Origin: Chloroflexota bacterium
Lineage (GTDB): Bacteria > Chloroflexota > UBA11872
Reading direction: 5' to 3'
Length of the DNA: 59,958 bases
Assembly (NCBI GenBank): GCA_028874315.1
Contig: JAPPKM010000129.1
Coordinates: forward strand, 1-59,958
Positions within the stretch are counted from its first letter, which is position 1. Each line of letters begins with the position of its first letter. Under the pieces are notes generated by a model that worked only from the letters and a program-made list of their open reading frames with translations, was not told where the DNA came from and searched no databases. Positions 8,017 through 17,401 of the stretch are shown here, one piece after another. The translations under genes were made by a program, and so were the position numbers.

Positions 8017-10881
8017 ATGACCGTTGATCCGTCGGTAGTTCCAGGTTTGTCGCTCCTGGCAGCCGAATTGCTGGCCCTAGCGGCCGTTGGATATGTGGTG
8101 GCCCGCGCGACGCTTCGGCAGACCGACGCCCGTCTGGCGTTGGCGCAGGGACTCATTGTCGGTCCGGCCCTCTGGGGCTTCGTTGTCAACTTCGCCCTGC
8201 ACGTGCTCCCGGGGATGGCCGGAGCTCTTGCCGGTTGGGTAGTTGTGCTAGCCGTGGCGATCGGACTGGCCCGGCGGGTGGGGTCCAAGCTTCGCCTGTC
8301 GCCGCGCACGTTGGCAGGGTTCGTGGCGGCAGCGCTGGCCCTGTCGTGGATCGCTTTGGCCGGCCGGCAGTTACTGACCATTCCGGACCCCGGCATCCAC
8401 CTGACGCTGTCCGCCGCAATTCGGGCTGGCGTCTATCCGCCGGAATTGCCTTGGAATCCGGGGGTTCCCGTGCCGTATCACTACGGAGTGGATCTCCTGA
8501 TTGGGCTGCTGCTGCCCCCGGCAGGTCCAGACATCGCACTCACCTCGGAAGTGCTCGGCGCCTACGTTTGGACCAGCTTCGCTCTCCTCGTCGCAACCAC
8601 GCTCAGGAGCAGGGGGACGTGGCTAGGAACGCTGGTCCTAGCACCGCTGCTTCTGTCCGCCGGCACCTGGACGCTGCTCGTGAGCGAACCGCCTGCACTC
8701 CTGAGTATCACAGTCCCGTCGGGTATCCCGGAAGCCGGGCTTCGCGCGGCTCTGGGCCGCGTGTATTGGCCGACGCTGGAGCTGCCCGGGTCTTGGTCCC
8801 CGCATTTCGAGACGCCGCCGCCAAATATCTGGAAGCCGCCGTTCCCATTCGCCTACGCGCTGGCCGTCGTAGTCCTGGAGCGCATTGGGGCCGGGGTCGA
8901 TCAGCGCTGGCTCGGTCGGGCAGGTCTCGCACTGCTGACTGGGTTTCTCGGGCTTGTTGAAGAGTCTGTCGCGCTTACGGTGCTCGGCCTTTGGCTAGTT
9001 CTGGCGATCCGTCCGAACGTGCAACGTAGAACTAACCGCGTGTCCTTCCTTGCGAACACTGGGCGATCATTGACCGGTCCGGCCCTAGCGTTGATCTTGC
9101 TTGTCGCAGGTGGCGGACCATTGACCGGTGTCTTGACCGGCGGGCTCGGGGGGGGGCTCTCGCTTCGACAGCCCGAAGACCTCGGCGAGCCCCAACTGTG
9201 GGGATTACTGCAGCCCCTCAGTGGTGGCATCGGAGTTTTGAGCGTTGGCAGCATCCCGGTTGCAGCCGCAGCACTCGTATTGGCCTGGCGTCAGCGGCTT
9301 GCCCTGGCACTGTCCCTAGGTGCAGGCGTATTCGTGCTTGCCGCCGTAACCGTGCAGTTCAGCGCCTTTCAATTCGACGTCGGACGCCTGGACGGGCACG
9401 CGAGAAACTTCGCCCTTCTTGCGTTGATGGTCGCCATAAGCGCTCGGCTCCGCGCGCTACGTCCGCACTGGCGCCATGTCGCTGCCGGCGGCCTGATCGT
9501 GCTGATCATATGGCCAACCATCGCAACGCCGGTCCAAAAGATGCGCCTGGCCCTGGATCGCGGAATCCAGCTTTCCAATGCTCGGCCTGCGCATCCTTCG
9601 GACCCTGTCGCGTCGCTCCAGCACATGGGACGATACGTCGTGGAGCCCTTTGCAACCGAGCGCATCACAGCCTTTATCCGCGAGCGCACGACTGTCAACT
9701 CCCGCATCCTCTCGCCCGATCCGATTGCCATGTCCATCCACACCGGCCGCCCCAGCGCGTCCGGCTTTGCGGGCCATGTCCACCTCTTCCCCTTCACCGG
9801 CCCCGACTACGAAGACGCCATTCGATTCCTGGAGCCAACGGCGATTCAACGGCTTCGATTCAGCTACGTGCACGCCACCCGAGCTTGGATTGCTGGCCTG
9901 CCTGGTCTTGCCCAAGCCTGGCTGGCGGACCCAGGGTTCTTTACACCCGTATTCCGCGACGGCCGGCACACGCTCTACCGAATTGAACCCGCGTTTCTAG
10001 CAATGCAGCCCGCGCCAACTCCGCAGTCGTTCGAAGCCCTCCGACACGTCGTACCAAGCTCGGCGAACGTCCAGATTTCGGCAGGGATTCAGAGCATTCC
10101 GGCGCTGCGCATCGCAGCGTCGCTGCCGCACGCCAGGCTCTCGGGATCCCTTACCCCATCAAACCTGTATCTCCTGACCGAAATCCCGATCAACCCGGCA
10201 AGCGAATCGCCACCCGACGTATTTGTCGTGGCCCGCGATCGCGCCATGAACGCCAGCACGCACACCTTTCCACCCATCTGGTGGAATCAAACGGCCATCG
10301 CCTACGCCACCAGCCCGAGCGCCGTGGCCATCGCCCCACCGCCTCGGCCTGAAACCAACTTTGTCGTTCGGATCTCGGATGTCGGCCGCATCGCGAACCG
10401 ATTCGCATTCGCCGCCACCTTCATGGACCAGGCCTCCAATCAATGGACGGGGCAGGACTGGCTGCTGATCGAGGTTGATCCCAGCCCCCGGTCGCTGCCC
10501 ACCAGCTACGCCCCCAACGGGTACACATTAGTGGGCGCGCGCTGGTATGCGGGCCAAATCACCCCGTCCGGCAGGCCCACCAGGCATCGTTACGTGTTTG
10601 ACGGAAACACCCAACACCTAGCCGTACAAGGCCCGGATGGGACGTTGGACGTTCTGCCATCATCCGGAGATCGCCTGACCCTAGGAACGTACGTGCTGGC
10701 CGTACGACTGCGACACAACCACTTGCAAGCCGCGATCGTGCCAGTGGTGAAAATCATGGTTGCCGAGGACGGTGGTGTCTCCTACGAGACCTTTCCTGGC
10801 GATCGCGAAGCCGCGGTCGATCCTTGTCCGCAGCGTCTCCAGAACACCGACTCATGTCGGCGAGTGGCATCGGATAGTTGA
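8017..10881 (+). CDS. Paralog P2 of the membrane-protein family
   Basis: 954 aa; same motifs (IPDPGIH, PYHYG, PPNIWKP, RLDGHARN, WTGQDWLL, CPQRLQNTDSC); in-frame G9 run at 9148-9156. Confidence 0.85.
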   Translation: MTVDPSVVPGLSLLAAELLALAAVGYVVARATLRQTDARLALAQGLIVGPALWGFVVNFALHVLPGMAGALAGWVVVLAVAIGLARRVGSKLRLSPRTLAGFVAAALALSWIALAGRQLLTIPDPGIHLTLSAAIRAGVYPPELPWNPGVPVPYHYGVDLLIGLLLPPAGPDIALTSEVLGAYVWTSFALLVATTLRSRGTWLGTLVLAPLLLSAGTWTLLVSEPPALLSITVPSGIPEAGLRAALGRVYWPTLELPGSWSPHFETPPPNIWKPPFPFAYALAVVVLERIGAGVDQRWLGRAGLALLTGFLGLVEESVALTVLGLWLVLAIRPNVQRRTNRVSFLANTGRSLTGPALALILLVAGGGPLTGVLTGGLGGGLSLRQPEDLGEPQLWGLLQPLSGGIGVLSVGSIPVAAAALVLAWRQRLALALSLGAGVFVLAAVTVQFSAFQFDVGRLDGHARNFALLALMVAISARLRALRPHWRHVAAGGLIVLIIWPTIATPVQKMRLALDRGIQLSNARPAHPSDPVASLQHMGRYVVEPFATERITAFIRERTTVNSRILSPDPIAMSIHTGRPSASGFAGHVHLFPFTGPDYEDAIRFLEPTAIQRLRFSYVHATRAWIAGLPGLAQAWLADPGFFTPVFRDGRHTLYRIEPAFLAMQPAPTPQSFEALRHVVPSSANVQISAGIQSIPALRIAASLPHARLSGSLTPSNLYLLTEIPINPASESPPDVFVVARDRAMNASTHTFPPIWWNQTAIAYATSPSAVAIAPPPRPETNFVVRISDVGRIANRFAFAATFMDQASNQWTGQDWLLIEVDPSPRSLPTSYAPNGYTLVGARWYAGQITPSGRPTRHRYVFDGNTQHLAVQGPDGTLDVLPSSGDRLTLGTYVLAVRLRHNHLQAAIVPVVKIMVAEDGGVSYETFPGDREAAVDPCPQRLQNTDSCRRVASDS

Positions 10882-10963
10882 CCCTTTGGCGAATGTACAG
10901 GCGCGAGACCCAAACGAAGGGACGCCTCGAGGCGTCGATCACTATTCCCCCAAGAATTCCTGA

Positions 10964-13915
10964 ATGACGATCGACCCGACGGTGCTCCCAGGTCTCGCGC
11001 TCCTAGCAGCAGAGTTGTTGGCGCTCGCAGCAGTCGGTTTCGTCTTAGCCCGAGTCTGTCTGGGTCAGACGGACGACCGCATGGCCCTGGCGCAGGGGCT
11101 AGCCATCGGTCCGGCCGTATGGGGTCTCCTGGTCAACTTCCTCCTCCATCCGCTGCCGGGGCGGACAGGGGCGCTGGCTTGCTGGTTACTTCTCGGACTA
11201 CTTGCACTCTTCCTGGTGCGGGGCAGGCACTGGTCACTGCGAGCCAATTGGCGCACATGCGCCAGATTCGCCGCGGCGGCGCTGGCCACCTTTGGTGTCG
11301 CTCTGGCCGCCCGTCAGACGCTTATCGTGACCGACGCCCACATACGCCTTGGGCTGGCGGCCCCAATACAGGCTGGCGTATGGCCTCCGGTCATGCCGTG
11401 GAGCCCCTGGCAGGCCATTCCCTACCACTACGGCACAGAGCTCTTCGTCGCGATGCTGGCGCCGCCCACCGGGCCGGATCTCGCGTTTACAGCCGAAGTC
11501 CTGGATGCCTACGCGTGGACCAGTCTCGCGCTTCTGGTCGGCACGTGGGCGCTCAAGCGCGGGAGCTGGGTGGGGGCATTTGTCGTAACGCCGCTCCTGT
11601 TAAGCGCCGGCGCCTGGACGCCGCTGCTCAATACAGCTCCGGCCCTCATCCAGGTGCCAGCAATTGCCGACGTGCCCGGGGCTGGATTCCGCGCCTCAGT
11701 GACCGGCATCTACTGGCCGTCCATGGAGTGGCCATGGGATTGGCCCGAGCCCCACGCCGCCCCGCCCAACATCTGGCTTCTGCGCTTCACGCTTGCCTAC
11801 GCACTGGCGCTCATCGTCTTCGAGCGTGTCACTGGATCCGCGCGAACACTGGCCTGGCGTTCGGCTCTGATCCTTGGCGCCCTCGTCGGCTTCCAGGGAC
11901 TGATCGAGGAGTCCGTGGCGCTGACCACGCTGGGCGTGTGGGGCTTGCTTGAGATAGTGCGTATTGCGCAGGCCCAGCGCCAGGGCAGCGAAGCCTTGGC
12001 ATGTGCATGGCGCGCGGCTGTGGGCCCGGTCACGGCCGCAGTGTTGTTGGCACTCGGTGGCGGCGTGCTCACTGGTGCCCTCATGGGAACGATCGAGAGT
12101 GGCCTGACCGTCGGCTGGATTGCCGAGTCGGCAAATCGACGATCGCCGGTTTCGTTAGACCTCTTGCCAGGCGGCCTGGCGCTGCTGGGCCTCGGTCCGG
12201 CCATCCTGGCTGCCGCGTCTGTGGCGCTGGCCTGGCGAGATCGCCTCATCCTGGCGTTGGCTGCCGGCAGCAGCGTTTTCCTGATTGCAGGCGCCCTGCT
12301 CAAGCCTGACTTCGCCGTCGCGACCGACACGCGACTGGACGGACACGCCGGCAACCTGGCGCTGCTCGGACTGATGGCTTCGGTTTCCTTCCGCCTGGGC
12401 ACGCTGTCGGCCCATCGGCGGCTCCTTGCGAGCGCACTATTCGTGGCGCTCATTGTCTGGCCAACGGTTGCGCTTCCGCTCCGCACACTCGGCTTTCAAG
12501 TCAGCCACGGCATCACACTGTCTAACGCCGAGATGCAGCCGACGAAACAATCCTCCTTGAGGTACGTCGCCGGAATCGGCCGCCAGCCGATCGAACGGCT
12601 CGCGCCCGACCAAATCACGAGGTGTATCCCGGAGCCGCCGCCGCCGCTGCACGTACGCCCGACCGGAGCTCTCGCGCGGGACCGAGTCGTCGACTACATT
12701 CGCGATCACACGCGCCCTGACGCCCGCATCCTATCGCCCCACCCCAGCGAGTTAACCCTGGCCACGGGCCGCCCGAACGCCTCAGGGTTTGCGGGTCGCT
12801 TGCACATCGTTTGGCGAACGGGTCCCGAATACCTGGACGCGCTGCGGTACCTGGAGCCGTCGGCCGTTCGGCGACTGGGCGTTGCCTACGTTCATGCGAC
12901 GGACGCCTGGATCTCTAAACTCCCCGATCCCGCGAAACGCCGGCTGGCGGATCCCCGGCTGTTCGAATTCCTGGTCCGCGATGGCCTCCATGCCCTGTAT
13001 CGCATCCGACCGCCCTTCTTCGATCTGGACCCGTCCCCGAACCCCCGGTCGTTCGAAGCCTTGCGCCGGGCGATTCCCGATTCCGCCACGGTGCTATTGA
13101 CGGAGAGTGTCCAGGGAATTCCAAGGGTTCGGATAGCCACCGTGCTGACGCACGCACGACTCCTGGGTCACCTGGACACGTCAGCTGTGCATCTACTGAC
13201 GAAACTCCAAACCGAGCCGGCCGACGCCGGCCGCCCGGATATCGTGGTTATTTCGCGGGAATTCCCCCTTGATGCTTCCCTTCACGGGTGGTCGACCGTG
13301 TGGTGGAACGAGGAGGCCATTGCCCTGATCACTCGCCCTGGCAACGTGCCAACCATCGAGCCGCCGCCACATCTGGAACAACCTGACCGAGTCTTTACCC
13401 TACGACTATCGGATGTGACGGCAGAGAACGACCATGTCGCATTCAGCGCAACTCCCGTCGATATGGCGGCCGCGCAGTGGACGGGACAGGATTGGCTCGT
13501 CATTCAAATGGAAGACGCGTCCGGATCCTGGGCAGTACCCGTCGAAGACGATGGATATACGTTTGTGGGCAAACTCTGGTTTCCTGGCCAGATAGATCCT
13601 GATAGCGGCCGCATTCGCCGGCAGTACATCTTCAATGCGTTGATGGGCACCCTGTCAGCCGGAGTCGTCGGTCATCCCACCGAACTCCTTCAGTCCGCGG
13701 GCAGCCACCTCACGCAAGGTCTATGGATGCTGGCCGTGCGGCTTCAGCACAGCTCTCTGCAAGCAGCAGTCATTCCGGTTCTGCAGGTGAGAGTCTCCGC
13801 CGACGGGGAGGCGACCTACACGGTCTACGAGGGCGAACGCCGCGCCGCAGTCAACGCATGCCCCAAACGGCTGTTACACACGGATTCGTGCCGGAAACTC
13901 GCGACTGGAAACTGA
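10964..13915 (+). CDS. Paralog P3 of the membrane-protein family
   Basis: 983 aa; same motifs; N-terminal two-thirds closest to P1; tail CPKRLLHTDSC. Confidence 0.85.
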   Translation: MTIDPTVLPGLALLAAELLALAAVGFVLARVCLGQTDDRMALAQGLAIGPAVWGLLVNFLLHPLPGRTGALACWLLLGLLALFLVRGRHWSLRANWRTCARFAAAALATFGVALAARQTLIVTDAHIRLGLAAPIQAGVWPPVMPWSPWQAIPYHYGTELFVAMLAPPTGPDLAFTAEVLDAYAWTSLALLVGTWALKRGSWVGAFVVTPLLLSAGAWTPLLNTAPALIQVPAIADVPGAGFRASVTGIYWPSMEWPWDWPEPHAAPPNIWLLRFTLAYALALIVFERVTGSARTLAWRSALILGALVGFQGLIEESVALTTLGVWGLLEIVRIAQAQRQGSEALACAWRAAVGPVTAAVLLALGGGVLTGALMGTIESGLTVGWIAESANRRSPVSLDLLPGGLALLGLGPAILAAASVALAWRDRLILALAAGSSVFLIAGALLKPDFAVATDTRLDGHAGNLALLGLMASVSFRLGTLSAHRRLLASALFVALIVWPTVALPLRTLGFQVSHGITLSNAEMQPTKQSSLRYVAGIGRQPIERLAPDQITRCIPEPPPPLHVRPTGALARDRVVDYIRDHTRPDARILSPHPSELTLATGRPNASGFAGRLHIVWRTGPEYLDALRYLEPSAVRRLGVAYVHATDAWISKLPDPAKRRLADPRLFEFLVRDGLHALYRIRPPFFDLDPSPNPRSFEALRRAIPDSATVLLTESVQGIPRVRIATVLTHARLLGHLDTSAVHLLTKLQTEPADAGRPDIVVISREFPLDASLHGWSTVWWNEEAIALITRPGNVPTIEPPPHLEQPDRVFTLRLSDVTAENDHVAFSATPVDMAAAQWTGQDWLVIQMEDASGSWAVPVEDDGYTFVGKLWFPGQIDPDSGRIRRQYIFNALMGTLSAGVVGHPTELLQSAGSHLTQGLWMLAVRLQHSSLQAAVIPVLQVRVSADGEATYTVYEGERRAAVNACPKRLLHTDSCRKLATGN

Positions 13916-14144
13916 TCCGGCGATGGCGATTTACCGGTGAACCCACGCTTCCGACCAGGCGCAGCACACGCCTCGCCCAGAACGCCCTGCGTACACTCGC
14001 CCGCCCAATGGGCCGTACATGCGAACCCCCGCAAAGCCTAGGTGGAGAGACACCGTGCACCGAACGCTTCCGGCGAATCCTTGAGCACAGTCAGGAGCTG
14101 TGCCTGGCGCACGTCTCAATGTGACTCGCGATTAGAGTGCCCGC

Positions 14145-17020
14145 GTGACCGTTGACCCCGGTGTGCTTCCGGGATTGCTGCTCCTGGGGCTGGAGATGCT
14201 GGCGCTGGCGGTCGTCGGCTATATCGTCGCCCGCGTCGCCCTGCGCCAGCCATACGCCCCCCTGGCCCTGGCGCAGGGCCTTGTCATCGGCCCTGCCATT
14301 TGGGGGCTGGTCGCCAATTTTCTCTTCTACCCGCTTCCGGGGCCGGCGGGCACCGTCGGCTCCTGGTTAGCGACCCTGGCCTTTGGGGCCTGGCTGGTAT
14401 GGCGAACCCCGAACGCGTGGCGAATGCCGCCCCGCGAGGTCGCTGTCTTTGCCGCCACTGTACTCGTCTTGTTCTGGGTAGCGCTGGCCGCCCGCCAGCT
14501 TCTGATGACGCCCGACGCGCCCATGCGCCTGGGGCTGGCCGCTTCGATACAGGCTGGCAGTTGGCCGCCGGCGATACCGTGGAGCCCCTGGCAGCCGGTT
14601 CCCTACCACTACGGGGCAGCCTTACTGGCGGCTCGCCTGGCGCCGCCCGTCGGCCCGGACCTGGCGTTCACCACCGAACTGCTGGGTGCGTACGCGTGGA
14701 CCAGCCTTGCCATGATCATCGGTACAACGATCAGGCAGCGCGGTGGCTGGGTCGGCTGGCTCACGCTTACGCCATTGATACTGACTGCCGGGGCCTGGAC
14801 ACTGGTCTTTGACGTGGAACCAGTGGTCCTTCGACTACCGGTTCCGACGAGCTTCCCAGAACTCGGAGCCGGAACCTCGTTAGGCAACGTCTATTGGCCA
14901 GCCTCAGTGTGGCCGTGGACATTGCCGGAGCCGCAGGCCACTCCGCCAAACGTCTTCAAACCCCTCTTCACTCTTGGCTATGCGCTTGCGTTCATCGTCC
15001 TGGAGCGCGTGACCGCCCACCGGCAGCCGTCCCCCTTGCTCATGCCCTTAACGCTTGCCGGGCTCGTCGGCTTTCTGGGCTTACTGGAAGAAGCCGTGGC
15101 CGCCGTAACGCTTGGTGTGTGGGCCATGGTCGAAGCAGCCCGCGTGATTGCGGCTCGACCGCGCCGAATCAGGGATCTCGAAATGGCGAAGGGCGCGACC
15201 CTGGGGCTGATCGCAGCGACGCTGCTGCTGGTCTTGGGCGGGGGGTGATTTCAGGTCTGCTGGCAGGGTCGGCGGGAGGCACCCTCGCGCTCAGGTGGAT
15301 TGATGATCCCAATAATCGCCTGCTAATTGGGTCCGCCGAATCGCTGCCGGGCAGCCTCGGTGTCCTTGGCCTCGGCCCGTTGGCCGTCACCACCCTTGCG
15401 CTCGTGCTGAGTCGAAAAGACCGTCTCATTCCGGCCCTTGCCGTGGGCGGTGTCGTCTTCATGCTCGCCAGCCTTATGCTGGAGTACAAGGAGACGCTAG
15501 ATCTCATTCGACTGGATGGTCACGCCCGTAATTTCGGGTTGTTTGCCCTGCTGATCGCCCTCGCCACCCGCCTCTCACTTCTGCGTGCGCACTGGCGCAC
15601 TGTGTCAGTGCTATTGATTGTCGGCCTGGTCGCCTGGCCAACCCTGGTGTCGCCCATGCGCAACATTCGCCACAGTCTTGTAAGCGGGGTCCAGCTTCGA
15701 AACGCTCATCCAGAACACCAGGCGTTCGGCAGTGAATTCTCACGAATGGGGCGCTCTTCACTTCGCCCCTTCGCCACCATGGCCGTGACCAGGTACGTGA
15801 CCGACCACACGGGAGTCGATGAGCGCATTCTGTCGCCGTATCCAGCGGCGATGTCTATCGCCACCGGGCGTCCGAACGCTTCAGGATTCGCAGGGCTTCT
15901 TCACCTGAGAGAAAGAACGGGGGCCGCGTACGAGGACGCTATTCGCTATCTCGAACCCGCAGCGATCAGGCGTCTTGGCTTCGCATACGTGCACGCAACG
16001 GATAGCTGGGTCGCCAGCCTGCCCACCAAAGCCAAGCTCCGGCTCAACGATCGCGACCTCTTCGAACTTGTCATTCGAGACGGCACCGATGCGCTGTACC
16101 GTATCCGGACAGCGTTTTTGCGCCTGGATATGAAGCCGACGCCCCAATCGTACGAAGCCCTGCGACAGGCCGTGCCAGTGTCGGCCGCCGTGTATCTGAC
16201 CAAGGGTCTGCAGCTCCACGACAAGCTGCATCTGGCGTTCACACTGGCGCATGCCCGACTCGTGGAGACGATCGACGCTTCCGCGATCCACCCCCTGGGT
16301 GACATTCCCAATGAGGCAACGGGTGCCCCTGCGCCCGATGTCGTCGTTTTCGCCCGCGACCTATACCTCGACCCGGGCGACCATGGGTATCCGGTGGTCT
16401 GGTGGAACTCAGTCGCAATCGCCTATGCGACGAATCCGTCCATTGCTCCGGCTATCGACCCACCACCTGCTGGAACTGACTTTGCCGTTCGTCTCTCGGA
16501 CTTTCGAACGGACGAGAATCGAGTGACGTTTACCGCGGCCTTCGCCGATCGAGCCCCCAGGGAGTGGACCGGCCAGGACTGGCTGGTGGTTGAGGTGGAC
16601 GACCCGCCGTGGGACCAGCCGATCCACAGAAAGGATGATGGCTACACCCTCATAGGCGCGCAGTGGTTTCCCGGACAGATCGGACCCAGCGGCGGTATGG
16701 AGGTTCGCCGATACGAGTACGACGCGCTCGCGGGCACGTTGGCCGTACGGAACGCCGCCGGCGATCTCGCTCCCGTACTCCAATCCGCCGACGGGCTGAC
16801 ACCAGGCGCATGGGTGCTGGCCGTGCGACTGCGCCGGGACTACCTGCAGGCGGCGGTCGTCCCGATAGTGAAGATCGTGGTGTCCGAAGCCGGGCAGGTG
16901 ACATACAACGCCTATTCCGGTGAACGAAGCGCGGCCCTGAATCCTTGTCCTGAGCGTATGCAGCAGACTCCTGGGTGTCGCAATCTCATGGCGACTGCGA
17001 AGCCCACGTCGTCCTCGTAG
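14145..17020 (+). pseudogene. Paralog P4, split by a single frameshift in a G6 run (15240-15245); pseudogene, phase-off allele or sequencing indel
   Basis: ORF 14145-15248 ends at ...LLVLGGG*. The 14894-17020 frame continues with VISGLLAG... and all downstream family motifs. One extra G restores the conserved GGGV motif and a ~958 aa protein. Confidence 0.8.
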
Positions 17021-17401
17021 GCTCAGGCGCCAAGGTTTTATTTGCGCAACAAGGCAAGGCCGTGCAATTGGCCCAGGTTGCCTGTAGACGGATACGACGC
17101 TAGGCAACCAACGAAAATCCGATGCCACCCACAGTCGACCGTTTGAAGACCCCGAATCGCTGATCCGGACCGACGTGCACCCATGCGTCCGTACTGCAAG
17201 TCGTACTCGGGCTCATCTGACAGTCGCTGCGGACCGCAGCACGTCGGATAACGTGTGCCTGTTGCAACCCGGCGCTGACATTGACTCCTGATTTACACGC
17301 GCGCAAAGACCACAGACTCCTGCCGCCGCCTCGCCGCGGATGGCCGATCCATCGGCCCACCCGTCAACGCCGACGATGACGCCGCCGCATCGGGGCTCTG
17401 A

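Noticed and set aside
14894-15240. N-terminal part of the 708-aa ORF as an independent gene start
   Set aside because: It is an off-frame reading of P4; family similarity begins only after the G run at ~15245.
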